DNA of 63,092 nucleotides, the filler included, from Deltaproteobacteria bacterium (lineage in GTDB: Bacteria > JAEEML01): the NCBI GenBank assembly GCA_016283195.1. It is 6 parts of 6 records of this genome, joined end to end, with 100 filler letters (N's around TTAATTAATTAA, not from the genome) between each part and the next. Parts side by side here need not be neighbours in the genome. Positions count along the whole stretch, not along the records: positions 30,589 to 40,845 come from JAEEML010000115.1; positions 40,946 to 50,149 come from JAEEML010000116.1; 4 more parts are not named here. One strand, given 5' to 3'. Shown here piece after piece: positions 36,983 to 47,582 of this stretch (position 1 is its first letter; each line of letters opens with the position of its first letter). A program made the position numbers and the translations under genes. Below the pieces are notes generated by a model. It was not told the origin of the DNA, searched no databases, and saw only the letters and a list, made by a program, of their open reading frames with translations.

Positions 36983-39112
36983 ATGAGCTCTATTTCTTCA
37001 ACCTATACCAAAACGCAATTTCTAAACGATTTTTCGGCTTCCACCATCGCCGTAGATGATAATCTGCTGAATAAAGTTGGCGAAAATATGTCAAAAGCCG
37101 GCTTATCACAGACGGAAATAGCTACTGTAAAAAAAGAATTGGTTGAGGTAGCCGGAGAAGACAAAATTATTCAAGGTGCAGAGTTTGATAAGCTTTTCAC
37201 CAAGTTAGACGGCCACGATAAAAACGGCTCTTCTTCTTCCTTCCTGTTAAAAAAATCGGCTGGCGGTGTCGCTTCGCAAACTCTTTGCGGAAATGTTGTT
37301 GATACCCTTTTACAAAACCGCACTACCACCACCAATTATTCTGTAGCCGATTTTCAGAAAGAATTTGGCAATGGCGAGGTAAACGTCGGCCCCAAAATGT
37401 TGGCCGATTTGTTCCAGGCTCTGGGGCGCGAACCTTACAGTCTCTCTGTGTCTGAACGCACCAAAGTATGCAAAAATATTGCCTTTATTGCCGGTATTAA
37501 CGGCAAAATTTCCGGTGCTGAATTAAATGAGCTTTTTAAAGAAATTAAGAGCTACGATAACGGTTCGAAAAACGATGTTTTCACTGTCAGCACCGCCACA
37601 GCAGGTAAGGAACAAGGTACTGTTTCCGGCGAGATTCTAAATGTGGCTAAAGATAATTTTGCCGGGCGCGTGGATGTCGCCGGTAGCGCTTTAAAGGCCG
37701 AGTTTGCCGGCGGTGCCATAAAAATGAGCGATATTGGCATAATGGACTGCGTGCATCTTGCCGCTTTGGGTGTCAACCTGCTTGATCTCGCCAAATATTG
37801 TGACGGTAAGAGCAGCAGCATGGATGGGCTTATATCTATGCTTGATACCTTAGACGGCCAAAAAGATCAAAAAGTAAATATCGAGACCAATTATCTAAAC
37901 GGCCGGGCAAATGAGCTGACAAAAACAGGCAAGGCGTTGAATATTTTACGAAAATATTTAAAAGGCTCTGCTGACGGAGTAGCCTCAAAACCGGCAGCAG
38001 GCGCTGACCAAGCCCAACCGGCTACCGGCAGTAGCCAAACCAAACCTGTCGCCGACAATCCGGCTTCGATTTCCGGTTCCAATGTCGTGTGTCTGGATGA
38101 TAATATTATGGATGTTATTGCCGGCGGAGGCACTGCAGCCAAAAAACTTATTGCCGATATCAAAGCCAATAGAGCTACCATCGACCAAACCCGTGTTACC
38201 ATTAAGCGCGATGTAACATACGGCGGCACAGTGAGAAAAAATGGCAATATGTATGGCGGCATTAAAACCGGCACCCCAACTGCCGTTACCGATGGTACAG
38301 CTTCCAAACAGCAACAGGCCGTCATCAGCGAATTAACGAGCGAAGGCGGCTGGACTTCCATCAATACTTATGACAACCAAGTATTTACTTTCGGGCGCGG
38401 TTTTGCCGCTTTCGGAACTTTACCGCAGCTATTGGAAGAGTGGTTCCAAGACGATAATATTGCTAACGAATTTAAAAAATACGGTGTGACTCTTAATGGT
38501 ACGCATATCCAGGTTGTGGATACCGAAAAAGGTAAAGTGGTAACCGATAAAGAGGCTTACCAATACATTAAAGAGCATATTGAGCTGCAATATCTCTTTG
38601 TTAATATTGGCGAAGATCCTGAATATATTCAGTCGCTTATTGATGCACAATATACAGTGCTTTCCACTGACGGCGCTTGTGTTATCCCGGGATTTGCCGC
38701 TAATTGGGAGCCCGAAGCCTGTCAGGCAGCAGCCCATATTCAGCATTGGCTTCCGGCTATCGGCTGGAAAACCAATAACAGCGCTTACAAAAAATGCCAA
38801 AACTCCGTTGATGTAGTGAGAACAGCTTATACGCTCATGGGCAAAGCTGCGCAAAATGGTAAGAAATGGATTAAGAGCGGTTTCTCTTCCATTAACAGCC
38901 TGAACAGTCAGACATTTGTTTTAAATAACAGTATCGGCGCCAGCCACATCTCTCACTGGGGCGGCGGAGAGGTTTGGAAAGATGTCAAAGCCCTAGCCGG
39001 TGCTTCCATTGCCATTTCCAATGCCGATATTACCGCTGGCAAGTACAGCGGCAAGATTCTTATTGCCGATCCTAAAGCAAACGGCAAATATTATGTCTTG
39101 AATCAAATGTAA
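36983..39112 (+). CDS. Hypothetical protein with repeated N-terminal modules and a lysozyme-like C-terminal domain
   Basis: No Sec signal; three related modules (F..EF...E...LF..LD..D); SEGGWTSINTYDNQVFTFGRGF resembles the Glu plus beta-hairpin core of lysozyme-fold glycosidases. Confidence 0.55.
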   Translation: MSSISSTYTKTQFLNDFSASTIAVDDNLLNKVGENMSKAGLSQTEIATVKKELVEVAGEDKIIQGAEFDKLFTKLDGHDKNGSSSSFLLKKSAGGVASQTLCGNVVDTLLQNRTTTTNYSVADFQKEFGNGEVNVGPKMLADLFQALGREPYSLSVSERTKVCKNIAFIAGINGKISGAELNELFKEIKSYDNGSKNDVFTVSTATAGKEQGTVSGEILNVAKDNFAGRVDVAGSALKAEFAGGAIKMSDIGIMDCVHLAALGVNLLDLAKYCDGKSSSMDGLISMLDTLDGQKDQKVNIETNYLNGRANELTKTGKALNILRKYLKGSADGVASKPAAGADQAQPATGSSQTKPVADNPASISGSNVVCLDDNIMDVIAGGGTAAKKLIADIKANRATIDQTRVTIKRDVTYGGTVRKNGNMYGGIKTGTPTAVTDGTASKQQQAVISELTSEGGWTSINTYDNQVFTFGRGFAAFGTLPQLLEEWFQDDNIANEFKKYGVTLNGTHIQVVDTEKGKVVTDKEAYQYIKEHIELQYLFVNIGEDPEYIQSLIDAQYTVLSTDGACVIPGFAANWEPEACQAAAHIQHWLPAIGWKTNNSAYKKCQNSVDVVRTAYTLMGKAAQNGKKWIKSGFSSINSLNSQTFVLNNSIGASHISHWGGGEVWKDVKALAGASIAISNADITAGKYSGKILIADPKANGKYYVLNQM

Positions 39113-39280
39113 TAATTCTCGCTAATTAGCTGCTAAGGCTCTGCTTAAACTTTCTCCGCAAAATATAGTCTTTCTTTTTTATTCTTCTCGCAAAGAATAC
39201 TTGAGAAATTGGCTGCCAGGTGCTAGAATAACAGCGTTGTTGTCCGTGTATGCGGTCAACTTAGCATTAGGAGTTTAAAG

Positions 39281-40845
39281 ATGAAACGTACCATTTTAAC
39301 CGGTTTTGCCGGTGCTCTTTTCTTTTTGGCCTCTTGTAATAATGATGTTCCACTTGAGCTTACATTTTCTCAAGAAACAGTGCCGGCCGATGGGCGCGAT
39401 ACCATTATGATTGAGGCTATGGTTGCGCAAGGCGGTAACCCGGTTAAAGATGGTACGGCAGTTCGTTTTGCTATTGAGAGCTCGGCCGCCGGAACTTTTA
39501 CCCAATGGAAAAATGTTCTCAATATAAATGGAAAAACCGTTGCCGGTTTGGCCTCTGTGCCCTTCTACCCGGGAACAACTCCCGGCGAATACACCATTAC
39601 GGCCAGCGCCACTATAAACAAAAAAAATATTTCTGAATCGCGTAAATTGTTAATTACAAATCCAACGCCCGTTTCATCGCGCAATTTCAGTTTTAGTTGT
39701 GATTTCGAAAGCGTAGGAGCTTTTTCCAGCGCGGTTAGCGCTGTTACTCCGGAACTCCGCGTGCCCTGCCATGTTGTTGCTCAGGATCGCAATGGTGTTG
39801 ATTTGCCCAATGCTAAAATAAGCTTCAAAGCCGAAGCCGGCGAAATTAAAGAAGTAAAAGCAACCGCTAAGGCACCGCGTTCTTTTTATTATACTTATCA
39901 CCCAGGCTCTAAAAAGCCGGCTAATGTCAAGCCCAGCCAGGATGAAATCGAACTTGGCCTGGTAAGTAACGATGGTAAAAACCCGCGCGATGGGCTTGTT
40001 ACTATTGTTGCTTATACCCGCGGCGAAGAATATTGCGCGGAATTTAACGATAGCGGCAAATGTAATATAACCGCCGGTTTTGATGATGAAGGTGAGCCGT
40101 TCCTCGATATTGATGACGATGGTCTCTACCAGGAAGAGCAATGGCCGGAAGAGCCGAGCCATGACTGGTTTGCCGATGATAACGGCAATGGCACCCGCGA
40201 TAATCCTAACGGCAAATGGGACGGCGATTTGACAATCGGCCGCTTTACCAGAATTTTACTCACCGGCGACCCGGAAGAAGGAAGCGATAACTACGCTATA
40301 TCTCTAGTATCTGTTGATAATGGTATCAGCACTGCCGGTAGTGAAGCGGTTGATATGTGTGCTTGCGGCCAGGTGACTTACAAAATCCGCATTATGGATG
40401 AGAACTTTAATGCCCCATCATCCTGCCTTTCTACCGACCAGATTAATATTAAACAGTTTACCAATAAATCCTTAGTTCCTGATGGCGATCGCGATAAAAT
40501 AACGCTTTCGAACAGCCACTATTTTAAATTTGGAGCAGCAACAGGCTTTAGTGATCCCACAGAAGGCAGCTTCAAAGGCATGATAACAGGAGCCAACAAA
40601 CAACTTGTCGGCCGCGAATGGACAACCTCATTTACTGATATGCAGCCCGGTTGCAAAGGTGCTCCCGGCGATTATGCTGATTGCGAAGCAAATAGTAAAA
40701 ATTGCCAAGGTGTTGTAAGCAAAAGTGTTGGCGATTTTAGCTTTGAATACAAATATACACCGGTTCCAAAAATCAGCGGTGTCAGCAACATTAAAACTAT
40801 AACCTTAACTGACAAAAAAGCCGGCCTAGCGATTGTAAAATATGA
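39281..40845 (+). CDS. Lipoprotein with invasin/Big_1-like Ig domains and Asp-rich Ca-binding motifs (cut at contig end)
   Basis: Lipobox LASC; VPADGRD...PVKDGTAVRF; NPRDGLVTIVAYTRGEE...GEPFLDIDDDG. Confidence 0.65.
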
Positions 40846-40945
40846 NNNNNNNNNNNNNNNNNNNNNNNNNNNNNNNNNNNNNNNNNNNNTTAATTAATTA
40901 ANNNNNNNNNNNNNNNNNNNNNNNNNNNNNNNNNNNNNNNNNNNN
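40846..40945. other. Artificial contig linker
   Basis: N44-TTAATTAATTAA-N44. Confidence 0.99.
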
Positions 40946-41728
40946 AGAAACAAAAGTGCCAATCATGGATCCCAGCGTGGGATCATTATATTCGGCATTA
41001 AGTGACCACATGTAACCACAGCCGGCTATAGCCAGAGTACTGGTAACACCGAGTCCGATGAGCACCGCTCCGCCAACCAAATATTTTTTCTCTTGGTTTT
41101 CAAAGACATTGCTTTTGGCCTTTTGCTCTGCTGCCAGGCGCTTTTCCGCCGCACTCGCGCTATTTACCCGGCTTAGAGCCACCGCTGCTTCAGATTCCAC
41201 TTTAAATTTGCAGCTTTTAAAATAATTATCCATTAATTCCAGACGCCGATAAAGCGCATAATCTCTTTCGGCCAGATTTTTTAATTCAGCACAATCTTCC
41301 GGCTCAAAATTCATATGCGGAATAAGTTCGGCAAGTGTTTTTTTAAGATCATCCGCTACTAAAACACCACCGGTCAGCTGGAGGGTAGCCGAATTCAGCT
41401 TTTTATCACCAAGTGAATCAGTAAGCTCAAATACCAGTTCAAGCTGCTCCGCTTTTTTTATGGTCAGCATAAGCAACAACTTGGGATTAATTTTTACGCC
41501 GTAAAACCAGCTCTCGGCCACCACACCGGAGCCATATACTTTAAAATATGGGGGTTCTTCCAAAGCGTTAACCACGGCCTCAATAATAGCCGCCAGTGAG
41601 TTTTCCGGCAAAGCTGCTTCATTAGTTACATTTAAACTAACACGCGTCCTTGGCTCCGGGGCCGCCTGGGCTACTTGCGGAAAAATTAAAAGCAGAAGAA
41701 AAAGTATTTTTTTATTAAAATTAGCCAT
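40946..41728 (-). CDS. Hypothetical exported/membrane protein (3' truncated)
   Basis: Signal peptide (AQA), C-terminal hydrophobic helices, AAGGAG RBS. Confidence 0.6.
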
Positions 41729-41740
41729 TTACTTTTCTCC

Positions 41741-42607
41741 TTATTCCGCATCCATGGTCGAAGTGTCAAAGGGGTCAGGATAAAGGCTATCACGCTTTTG
41801 GGCCTCGTTCTCAACAAATTCCCGATAACGCGTCTCCGGATCGTAGCTATAAGTAGTGGTAACCGTGCAGCCTGAAGGACTATTACAAACACCGGAAACA
41901 CTTTCATGTATATTATAGCCGGCTTTTTCGAGGTACCTGTGATACTGACTATAAAAATGCACCGGCAAAAAGCTGGTAATAATACCAACGCCGCCAATTG
42001 AAAAACCGGTAGCCGTTAGGGGTACACTATGACTACTCAATCCTTTTCCACCTATACCCATGCCCACTCCGGTAATCACCAGCCCCACAATCAGCACCGG
42101 CCAAAGTGCTCTTTTATACTTTCTGGCAGTGGTCATATAACCGGCATCAAGGCGTTGTTTTTCTTCTAATCTGGGCCTGATTTCTTTGTCATATTCCATT
42201 CTTTTTATTGTTAAATCAACTGGCTCACTCAAGCTCTTATCCTCCTGGCAATCCGGGAGCGGCGGCAATTCGCTGGTAATAAATTCTATTTTTTTGAGCT
42301 CGCGCAGGTCATTGGCCGCCGTGCAGGAACCGTGCCCGGCAGCCAAAACAAAATAATCCAGGGCCTTTTGAAACTCTTTGTGGCGGTAAAAATTTTCGCC
42401 GATTATAAGCTCCACTTCGGCGCAGCTGCCTTCTAGGCCCAGACGGGCGGCATAGTTCATATTGGCATACTCTTTTTTAGCCCGGGCCTCTTTAAAGGCG
42501 GTGGTTATTTCGGCGCAGTTAGGGGTAGCCTGCCGGTCTTGCCCATAAGCTGCGGCCACTCCCCAAAACTGAACCAGGGCCAGGAAAAAGAAAAATTGTC
42601 TCATCAC
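41741..42607 (-). CDS. Hypothetical exported protein with a Sel1/TPR-like unit and a Gly-rich hydrophobic hairpin
   Basis: Signal peptide; IGENFY...FQKALDYFVLAAGHG; two hydrophobic segments; AGGAG RBS. Confidence 0.6.
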   Translation of the reverse strand: MMRQFFFFLALVQFWGVAAAYGQDRQATPNCAEITTAFKEARAKKEYANMNYAARLGLEGSCAEVELIIGENFYRHKEFQKALDYFVLAAGHGSCTAANDLRELKKIEFITSELPPLPDCQEDKSLSEPVDLTIKRMEYDKEIRPRLEEKQRLDAGYMTTARKYKRALWPVLIVGLVITGVGMGIGGKGLSSHSVPLTATGFSIGGVGIITSFLPVHFYSQYHRYLEKAGYNIHESVSGVCNSPSGCTVTTTYSYDPETRYREFVENEAQKRDSLYPDPFDTSTMDAE

Positions 42608-42778
42608 TCATACTCCTAAAAACCGGTATCATATATTTTTAAGCGTCTCTCCACATAATATGCCATGAAGAATAAGATTGATTTAGCAAATAAGCCGCCA
42701 TGAAGCAAGAAAAGAAGATATTATTTGCCGTAATTTTCGGGATCATATAGAGAGTGCCAGGGGAGGCTTGGACTAAAA

Positions 42779-45154
42779 ATGGCCGAAGATAAAGAAAAGA
42801 AAGCAGAAGAAGCAAACGAGCAGATAGAAGCTCAAGATAATAACACCCACAATTTCAACAACTTGCCTATTTTGCCACTCCGGCAGCTCATTATTTACCC
42901 GGGAGCTATTGTGCCCCTGAGCATCGGGCGGCCCAAAACCATAAAACTGGCTGAAGAGGCGGTAGCCGAAGGCCAAGAAATTGTCATAGTAACCCAAAAA
43001 GATGCCTCTGCCGAGGATCCAGCGCCCGGCGGCCTCTATGAAGTGGGCTGTCTTAGCCGCATTGTAAAGCATGTCTTTGGCGAACAAAACGAGATGTCCC
43101 TCGTGGTCCAGGGCATTATGCGCGTGGCCATCAGCCGCTTTACTCAGGAAGATCCCTATTATAAAGCCGATGTAAAACCGCTTAGCGATAGCGGCGAAGA
43201 TGACCAAACTATAGAAGCTTTGATGCTAAGCCTCAAGCAAAGCGCCTGTAAGCTACTGGAATTTTTACCAGATTTACCGGAATCGGCCGCCGGGCTCATT
43301 GAGCATGTAAATAGCCCCTCTGTTTTGGCTGACCTTATCGCCGGCAATATCGACGGCCCGGTGGAAGAAAAGCAGGCCATTCTCGCCTGCCTGGATTTAA
43401 AAACCCGTTTGCAAAAGGTTTTGGAGCTTGTTGAGCAGCAGCTTTCTATTTTGGAGCTTAGCCATAAGATTACTTCCCAGGTGCAAGGGGAAATGAGCAA
43501 AACGCAGCGCGAATTTTATCTGCGCCAGCAACTAAAAGCTATCAAAGAGGAGCTGGGCGATAGCGATGATGCCGATGACGATGTGGCCGATTTGGACGAG
43601 CGCTTTAACAGCAAAGAGCTGACCGAGGAAGCCAAAAAAGTCATCACCAAGGAGCTAAGGCGCTTGCACCGCATGAATCCCATGCAATCGGAATATGTAG
43701 TGGCGAGAAATTATGTGGAATGGCTCTTAGACCTCCCCTGGGTAGAAGAGAGCGATGACCGCCTGGAGCTTTCCGAAGTGCGCAGCATTTTAGATGAAGA
43801 TCATTACGGCCTGGAAAAAGTAAAAAAGCGCATTTTAGAATTTTTGGCGGTGCGCAAAATTAAAAAAGATCCCAAAGGCCCGATTCTCTGCTTTGTCGGC
43901 CCGCCGGGAGTGGGCAAAACTTCACTGGGGCGCAGTATCGCCCGGGCCATGGGGCGGGAATTTGTGCGCGCTTCCATGGGCGGCGTGCGCGATGAAGCGG
44001 AGATAAGAGGCCACCGGCGCACTTATGTGGGCGCTATGCCCGGGCGCATTATTCAGGGCATGAAGCGGGCCGGCAAGTTAAATCCCCTCTTTGTGCTCGA
44101 TGAAGTGGATAAGCTGGCTCACGATGTGCGCGGCGACCCGGCTTCAGCTCTTCTCGAAGTGCTGGACCCCGAGCAAAACGGCACTTTTTCGGACCATTAT
44201 TTAAATATTCCCTATGACCTCTCCAAGGTCTTCTTTTTAACCACGGCCAACCAGCTGGAGACCATCCCGCCGGCCCTCCGTGATCGCATGGAAATACTGG
44301 AGCTGCCCGGTTACACTTTGGACGAAAAAATCCATATTGCCCGCCAGCACCTTTTACCCAAGCAGCTGGAAGCCCACGGCCTAAGCGACAAGTTGCTTTC
44401 TGTAGATGATGCCGTCTTGGCCGACCTCATCACCTCTTACACCAAAGAGGCCGGCGTGCGCAATTTGGAGCGCGAGATAGCCGCTCTCTGCCGCAGCGTA
44501 GCGGTGAAAGTGGCCGGCGGCGACGAAAGCCTCCACACCATCACCTCCCCCATGCTGGCCGATATTTTGGGCCCGGAGCGCTATTTTAACGAAATAGCTG
44601 ACCGCACCGAAATACCAGGCGTCGCCACTGGCATGGCCTGGACACCGGCCGGCGGCGATATTCTCTTTATCGAAGCCACCAGCATGAAGGGCAAAGGTGA
44701 GCTCATGCTCACCGGCCAGCTGGGCGATGTCATGAAAGAGAGCGCCCAGGCCGCCCTCTCATACGTGCGTAGCCAAGCTGCCAAACTAGGCATCGACGAC
44801 ACCAATTTTAAAGAGCTCGATATTCACCTCCATGTGCCGGCCGGCGCCGTGCCCAAAGACGGCCCCAGTGCCGGAATCACCATCTTTACCGCACTCGTCT
44901 CACTCCTCACCAACACCTGCGTGCGCGCCGATGTGGCCATGACCGGCGAAATTACTTTGCGCGGCAATGTGTTGCCCGTTGGCGGCATCAAAGAAAAGGT
45001 GCTGGCGGCGCGGCGGGCCGGCGTAAAGCGCATAGTTCTGCCGGAGCGCAATCGCAAAGATCTGGTGGAAGTGCCCGAAGAGTGTAAAGCCGATTTGGAA
45101 TTCATCCACGTGAGCCGCATTGATGAAGTGCTGGATGCCGTGCTCCGCCGCTAA
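42779..45154 (+). CDS. lon: ATP-dependent protease La
   Basis: [29 protein letters not shown], catalytic Lys in GGIKEK. Confidence 0.97.
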   Translation: MAEDKEKKAEEANEQIEAQDNNTHNFNNLPILPLRQLIIYPGAIVPLSIGRPKTIKLAEEAVAEGQEIVIVTQKDASAEDPAPGGLYEVGCLSRIVKHVFGEQNEMSLVVQGIMRVAISRFTQEDPYYKADVKPLSDSGEDDQTIEALMLSLKQSACKLLEFLPDLPESAAGLIEHVNSPSVLADLIAGNIDGPVEEKQAILACLDLKTRLQKVLELVEQQLSILELSHKITSQVQGEMSKTQREFYLRQQLKAIKEELGDSDDADDDVADLDERFNSKELTEEAKKVITKELRRLHRMNPMQSEYVVARNYVEWLLDLPWVEESDDRLELSEVRSILDEDHYGLEKVKKRILEFLAVRKIKKDPKGPILCFVGPPGVGKTSLGRSIARAMGREFVRASMGGVRDEAEIRGHRRTYVGAMPGRIIQGMKRAGKLNPLFVLDEVDKLAHDVRGDPASALLEVLDPEQNGTFSDHYLNIPYDLSKVFFLTTANQLETIPPALRDRMEILELPGYTLDEKIHIARQHLLPKQLEAHGLSDKLLSVDDAVLADLITSYTKEAGVRNLEREIAALCRSVAVKVAGGDESLHTITSPMLADILGPERYFNEIADRTEIPGVATGMAWTPAGGDILFIEATSMKGKGELMLTGQLGDVMKESAQAALSYVRSQAAKLGIDDTNFKELDIHLHVPAGAVPKDGPSAGITIFTALVSLLTNTCVRADVAMTGEITLRGNVLPVGGIKEKVLAARRAGVKRIVLPERNRKDLVEVPEECKADLEFIHVSRIDEVLDAVLRR

Positions 45155-45247
45155 AAGCAAATATATTTACAAATTGTAGCAGGAATTTTATAATTAGTAG
45201 TGTCGTCTGCCTCTTTTGGGCAGGGCATTTAACCGGGGAGGATTATC

Positions 45248-47152
45248 ATGAAGAAGCTCTTGGCCCTTAGTGTGTTTCTAGCGTTTCTTAGCGCGGTTAC
45301 TGTGGCTAAAGCCGCTGTTCCGCTCTCCTTTACCCACCACGGCGTTTTAAAAGAAGATGGCGCCCTGGTGAACGGCTCGCACGCGATAAAAGCCGCTATT
45401 ATTAACGAAAAGGGCCAAGTTGCCGGCGAAAACGAAGAAGAGCTGGATGTTGCTTCCGGCCTTTATACTATGGTTATCCCCAATATTGATGCCACCATGG
45501 TGGCCGCTGCCAGCAGGCTGGAGCTGGTTATCAGCGTAGATGGCGAGGAGCTTTCCCCGCACCTTCCCATAAATAGTGTACCTTATGCCATAGCTGCCGA
45601 ACATGCGGCTGTAGCCGATAGCGTTATATGCGACGGTTGTATCAAGCCTGAGTACCTAAGTTTTAATGCCATGCAAGACAGTGCTTTGCCTAATTGTAAA
45701 GCCGGAGAAGCCCTGCAAAGTAACGGCTCTGAGTGGGTATGTTCCAGTGTGATTCACGTTGAAGAAAACAAAGTCGGTATCAATAACGCTGGTGTTTATG
45801 CTGCCGGCCTCTATAGTTACCAAATATCCGGTGACCCCAGTAGCACCCAACCGCAAGGGGCCGGCGCCTGTTCTTGTGATACCGATGTGGAAAAGGCCGA
45901 TTGCCCGGAAACCTTTACTGTAGAAAATGATGAAGGCGCCGTGTGCTATGATAAATTTGGTAATTATTACATTGCTTTTGCGCGGCAAGGCACCATGTCT
46001 CCGCAAGATGCTGCCGCTTTTGACGGCGGTAAACTGGGCCTCGGCACCACCAAGCCGGATGCTCCTCTCGATATTCTCTCTAATGCCGGTAAAAATAATT
46101 ACGAAGCTGTTATTGCCGATACCGCTCCGGAAATTCTTTTAAAAGACCTCGACGGCGCCGATTATGTTATTAAAGTTGATGATGGCAATATATCAATTGT
46201 TCCGGTAAACGGCGCTGGAACTCCCGGCACTCCGCTTATGACCATCGGCAGCACCGGTTTGGTGATAAACGGCACCATCGGCGCCAGCGGCGGCTTTGCC
46301 AGCAATATGAAAGTAACCAAAGATGATGTAAACTTTAACTATGCCGGTGCCAGTGAAAAAGGTGGCTCGGCCAATAGTGCCAAAAAACTTGATACCACTT
46401 CAGCCGGTGCCAACAATAAGCCCGTTTACTTTGCAAACGGCGTGCCGGTGAGTAGCACAGCCACTGTCGGTAGCGGAACAAAACCGGTTTATATGAATAA
46501 CGGTACCATCACCGCCAGTTCCAGCACTGTCGGTAGCACGACCCAGCCGGTTTACATGAATAACGGTACCATCTCCCCGGTTACAGGTATTTATCCGGCC
46601 AGAGCAGCAGCTACATTTGGGCGGGTTTGCACGGCTGCTCCTGCCTGCTCAATAACAAGTAGCTGGAGTATCACTGGAACGAAGTATAAATATGATTTAA
46701 CTTGCAGCACTTATGGTATTAAAAAGCTCATGAGCAAAAATGTTAATATTACTTTAGGTAGTACAGGTATCTTTAAAGTAACTTTTACAGATCAAAATAT
46801 GCCTGACAAATACTATGCAGTTGTAACAAGCCATGATCTTGGCCATTATTATTATTCAGAAATTACCAATAAAACAGTTACTGGCTTCGATTTCAACTTT
46901 TATAAACATACAACTTCTTTAAAGAAAGAAACTAATAGCGATACAGGGGAAGTTACCTATACTCTTGAACAAAACAGCGCCTTAACAGGAGCTGGTCCAA
47001 ATAAAAACAGTTGTTCAAACACAAGTTTTTTTGGTCTCGCCGGCGGTGATTCCTCTGAATCAGAAGCTCTAGCCAACTGCAACGCTTGTCGAAATCAATT
47101 ACTGGATCAAACCACCAACATCAATCCCATCTCCTTCGCCGTCTTTGACTAA
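45248..47152 (+). CDS. Secreted mosaic fibre/adhesin with phage-tail-fibre-like repeats
   Basis: Signal peptide; PLSF.H.G.L...SVPYAIAAEHA head module; KLGLGTTKPDAPLDI; three 20-aa (T/S)xGxxxxPVY(M/F)xNG repeats; C-terminal GIFKVTF...YAVV...KTVTGF. Confidence 0.62.
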   Translation: MKKLLALSVFLAFLSAVTVAKAAVPLSFTHHGVLKEDGALVNGSHAIKAAIINEKGQVAGENEEELDVASGLYTMVIPNIDATMVAAASRLELVISVDGEELSPHLPINSVPYAIAAEHAAVADSVICDGCIKPEYLSFNAMQDSALPNCKAGEALQSNGSEWVCSSVIHVEENKVGINNAGVYAAGLYSYQISGDPSSTQPQGAGACSCDTDVEKADCPETFTVENDEGAVCYDKFGNYYIAFARQGTMSPQDAAAFDGGKLGLGTTKPDAPLDILSNAGKNNYEAVIADTAPEILLKDLDGADYVIKVDDGNISIVPVNGAGTPGTPLMTIGSTGLVINGTIGASGGFASNMKVTKDDVNFNYAGASEKGGSANSAKKLDTTSAGANNKPVYFANGVPVSSTATVGSGTKPVYMNNGTITASSSTVGSTTQPVYMNNGTISPVTGIYPARAAATFGRVCTAAPACSITSSWSITGTKYKYDLTCSTYGIKKLMSKNVNITLGSTGIFKVTFTDQNMPDKYYAVVTSHDLGHYYYSEITNKTVTGFDFNFYKHTTSLKKETNSDTGEVTYTLEQNSALTGAGPNKNSCSNTSFFGLAGGDSSESEALANCNACRNQLLDQTTNINPISFAVFD

Positions 47153-47179
47153 GCCCCCCCCAAAAAGCCTAAATAGCTC

Positions 47180-47200
47180 TCAAAAATTCTGCCTGAGCCA
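47180..47200. repeat. 21-bp direct repeat of the sulfatase gene 3' end (downstream copy)
   Basis: TCAAAAATTCTGCCTGAGCCA equals 47583-47603 (24 of 25 nt match if extended). Confidence 0.8.
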
Positions 47201-47223
47201 AGCACCTTGGAGGTTAACTTAGC

Positions 47224-47448
47224 CTACCACAGCTCATCCAGGGGTTCATCAAAATCACGATGGATTTTTATTTTTCCTTTTAAAGCTCCAGCTGTACGAT
47301 ATTTTTGGGTTTTAGTTGCAATATCAGCTTCATGATATGTACTTTGTCCACATATACCGCCGACTTTAAGCAAATTAAAAAGCGCAAAAAGGACATCGTT
47401 CGGCAATCTGCTAAGCTCCTGCAACATCATTTCTCTTGTCATCATCAT
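47224..47448 (-). CDS. Orphan DUF2281-like antitoxin
   Basis: L..LP...LF.LL...RTAGALKGKIKIHRDFDEPLDEL; AT-rich; no adjacent PIN gene. Confidence 0.62.
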   Translation of the reverse strand: MMMTREMMLQELSRLPNDVLFALFNLLKVGGICGQSTYHEADIATKTQKYRTAGALKGKIKIHRDFDEPLDELW

Positions 47449-47582
47449 CTCCCTATCACTTTTGCACCATAAGTGATGAGCAACCAACACGCGCCATATT
47501 ATATCAAATAATTCTGGCAAATGAAAACAACGTATCAACTTTAATTAAGATTTTGAGCGGTTAGCCCGCGGAAACAGGAGTT

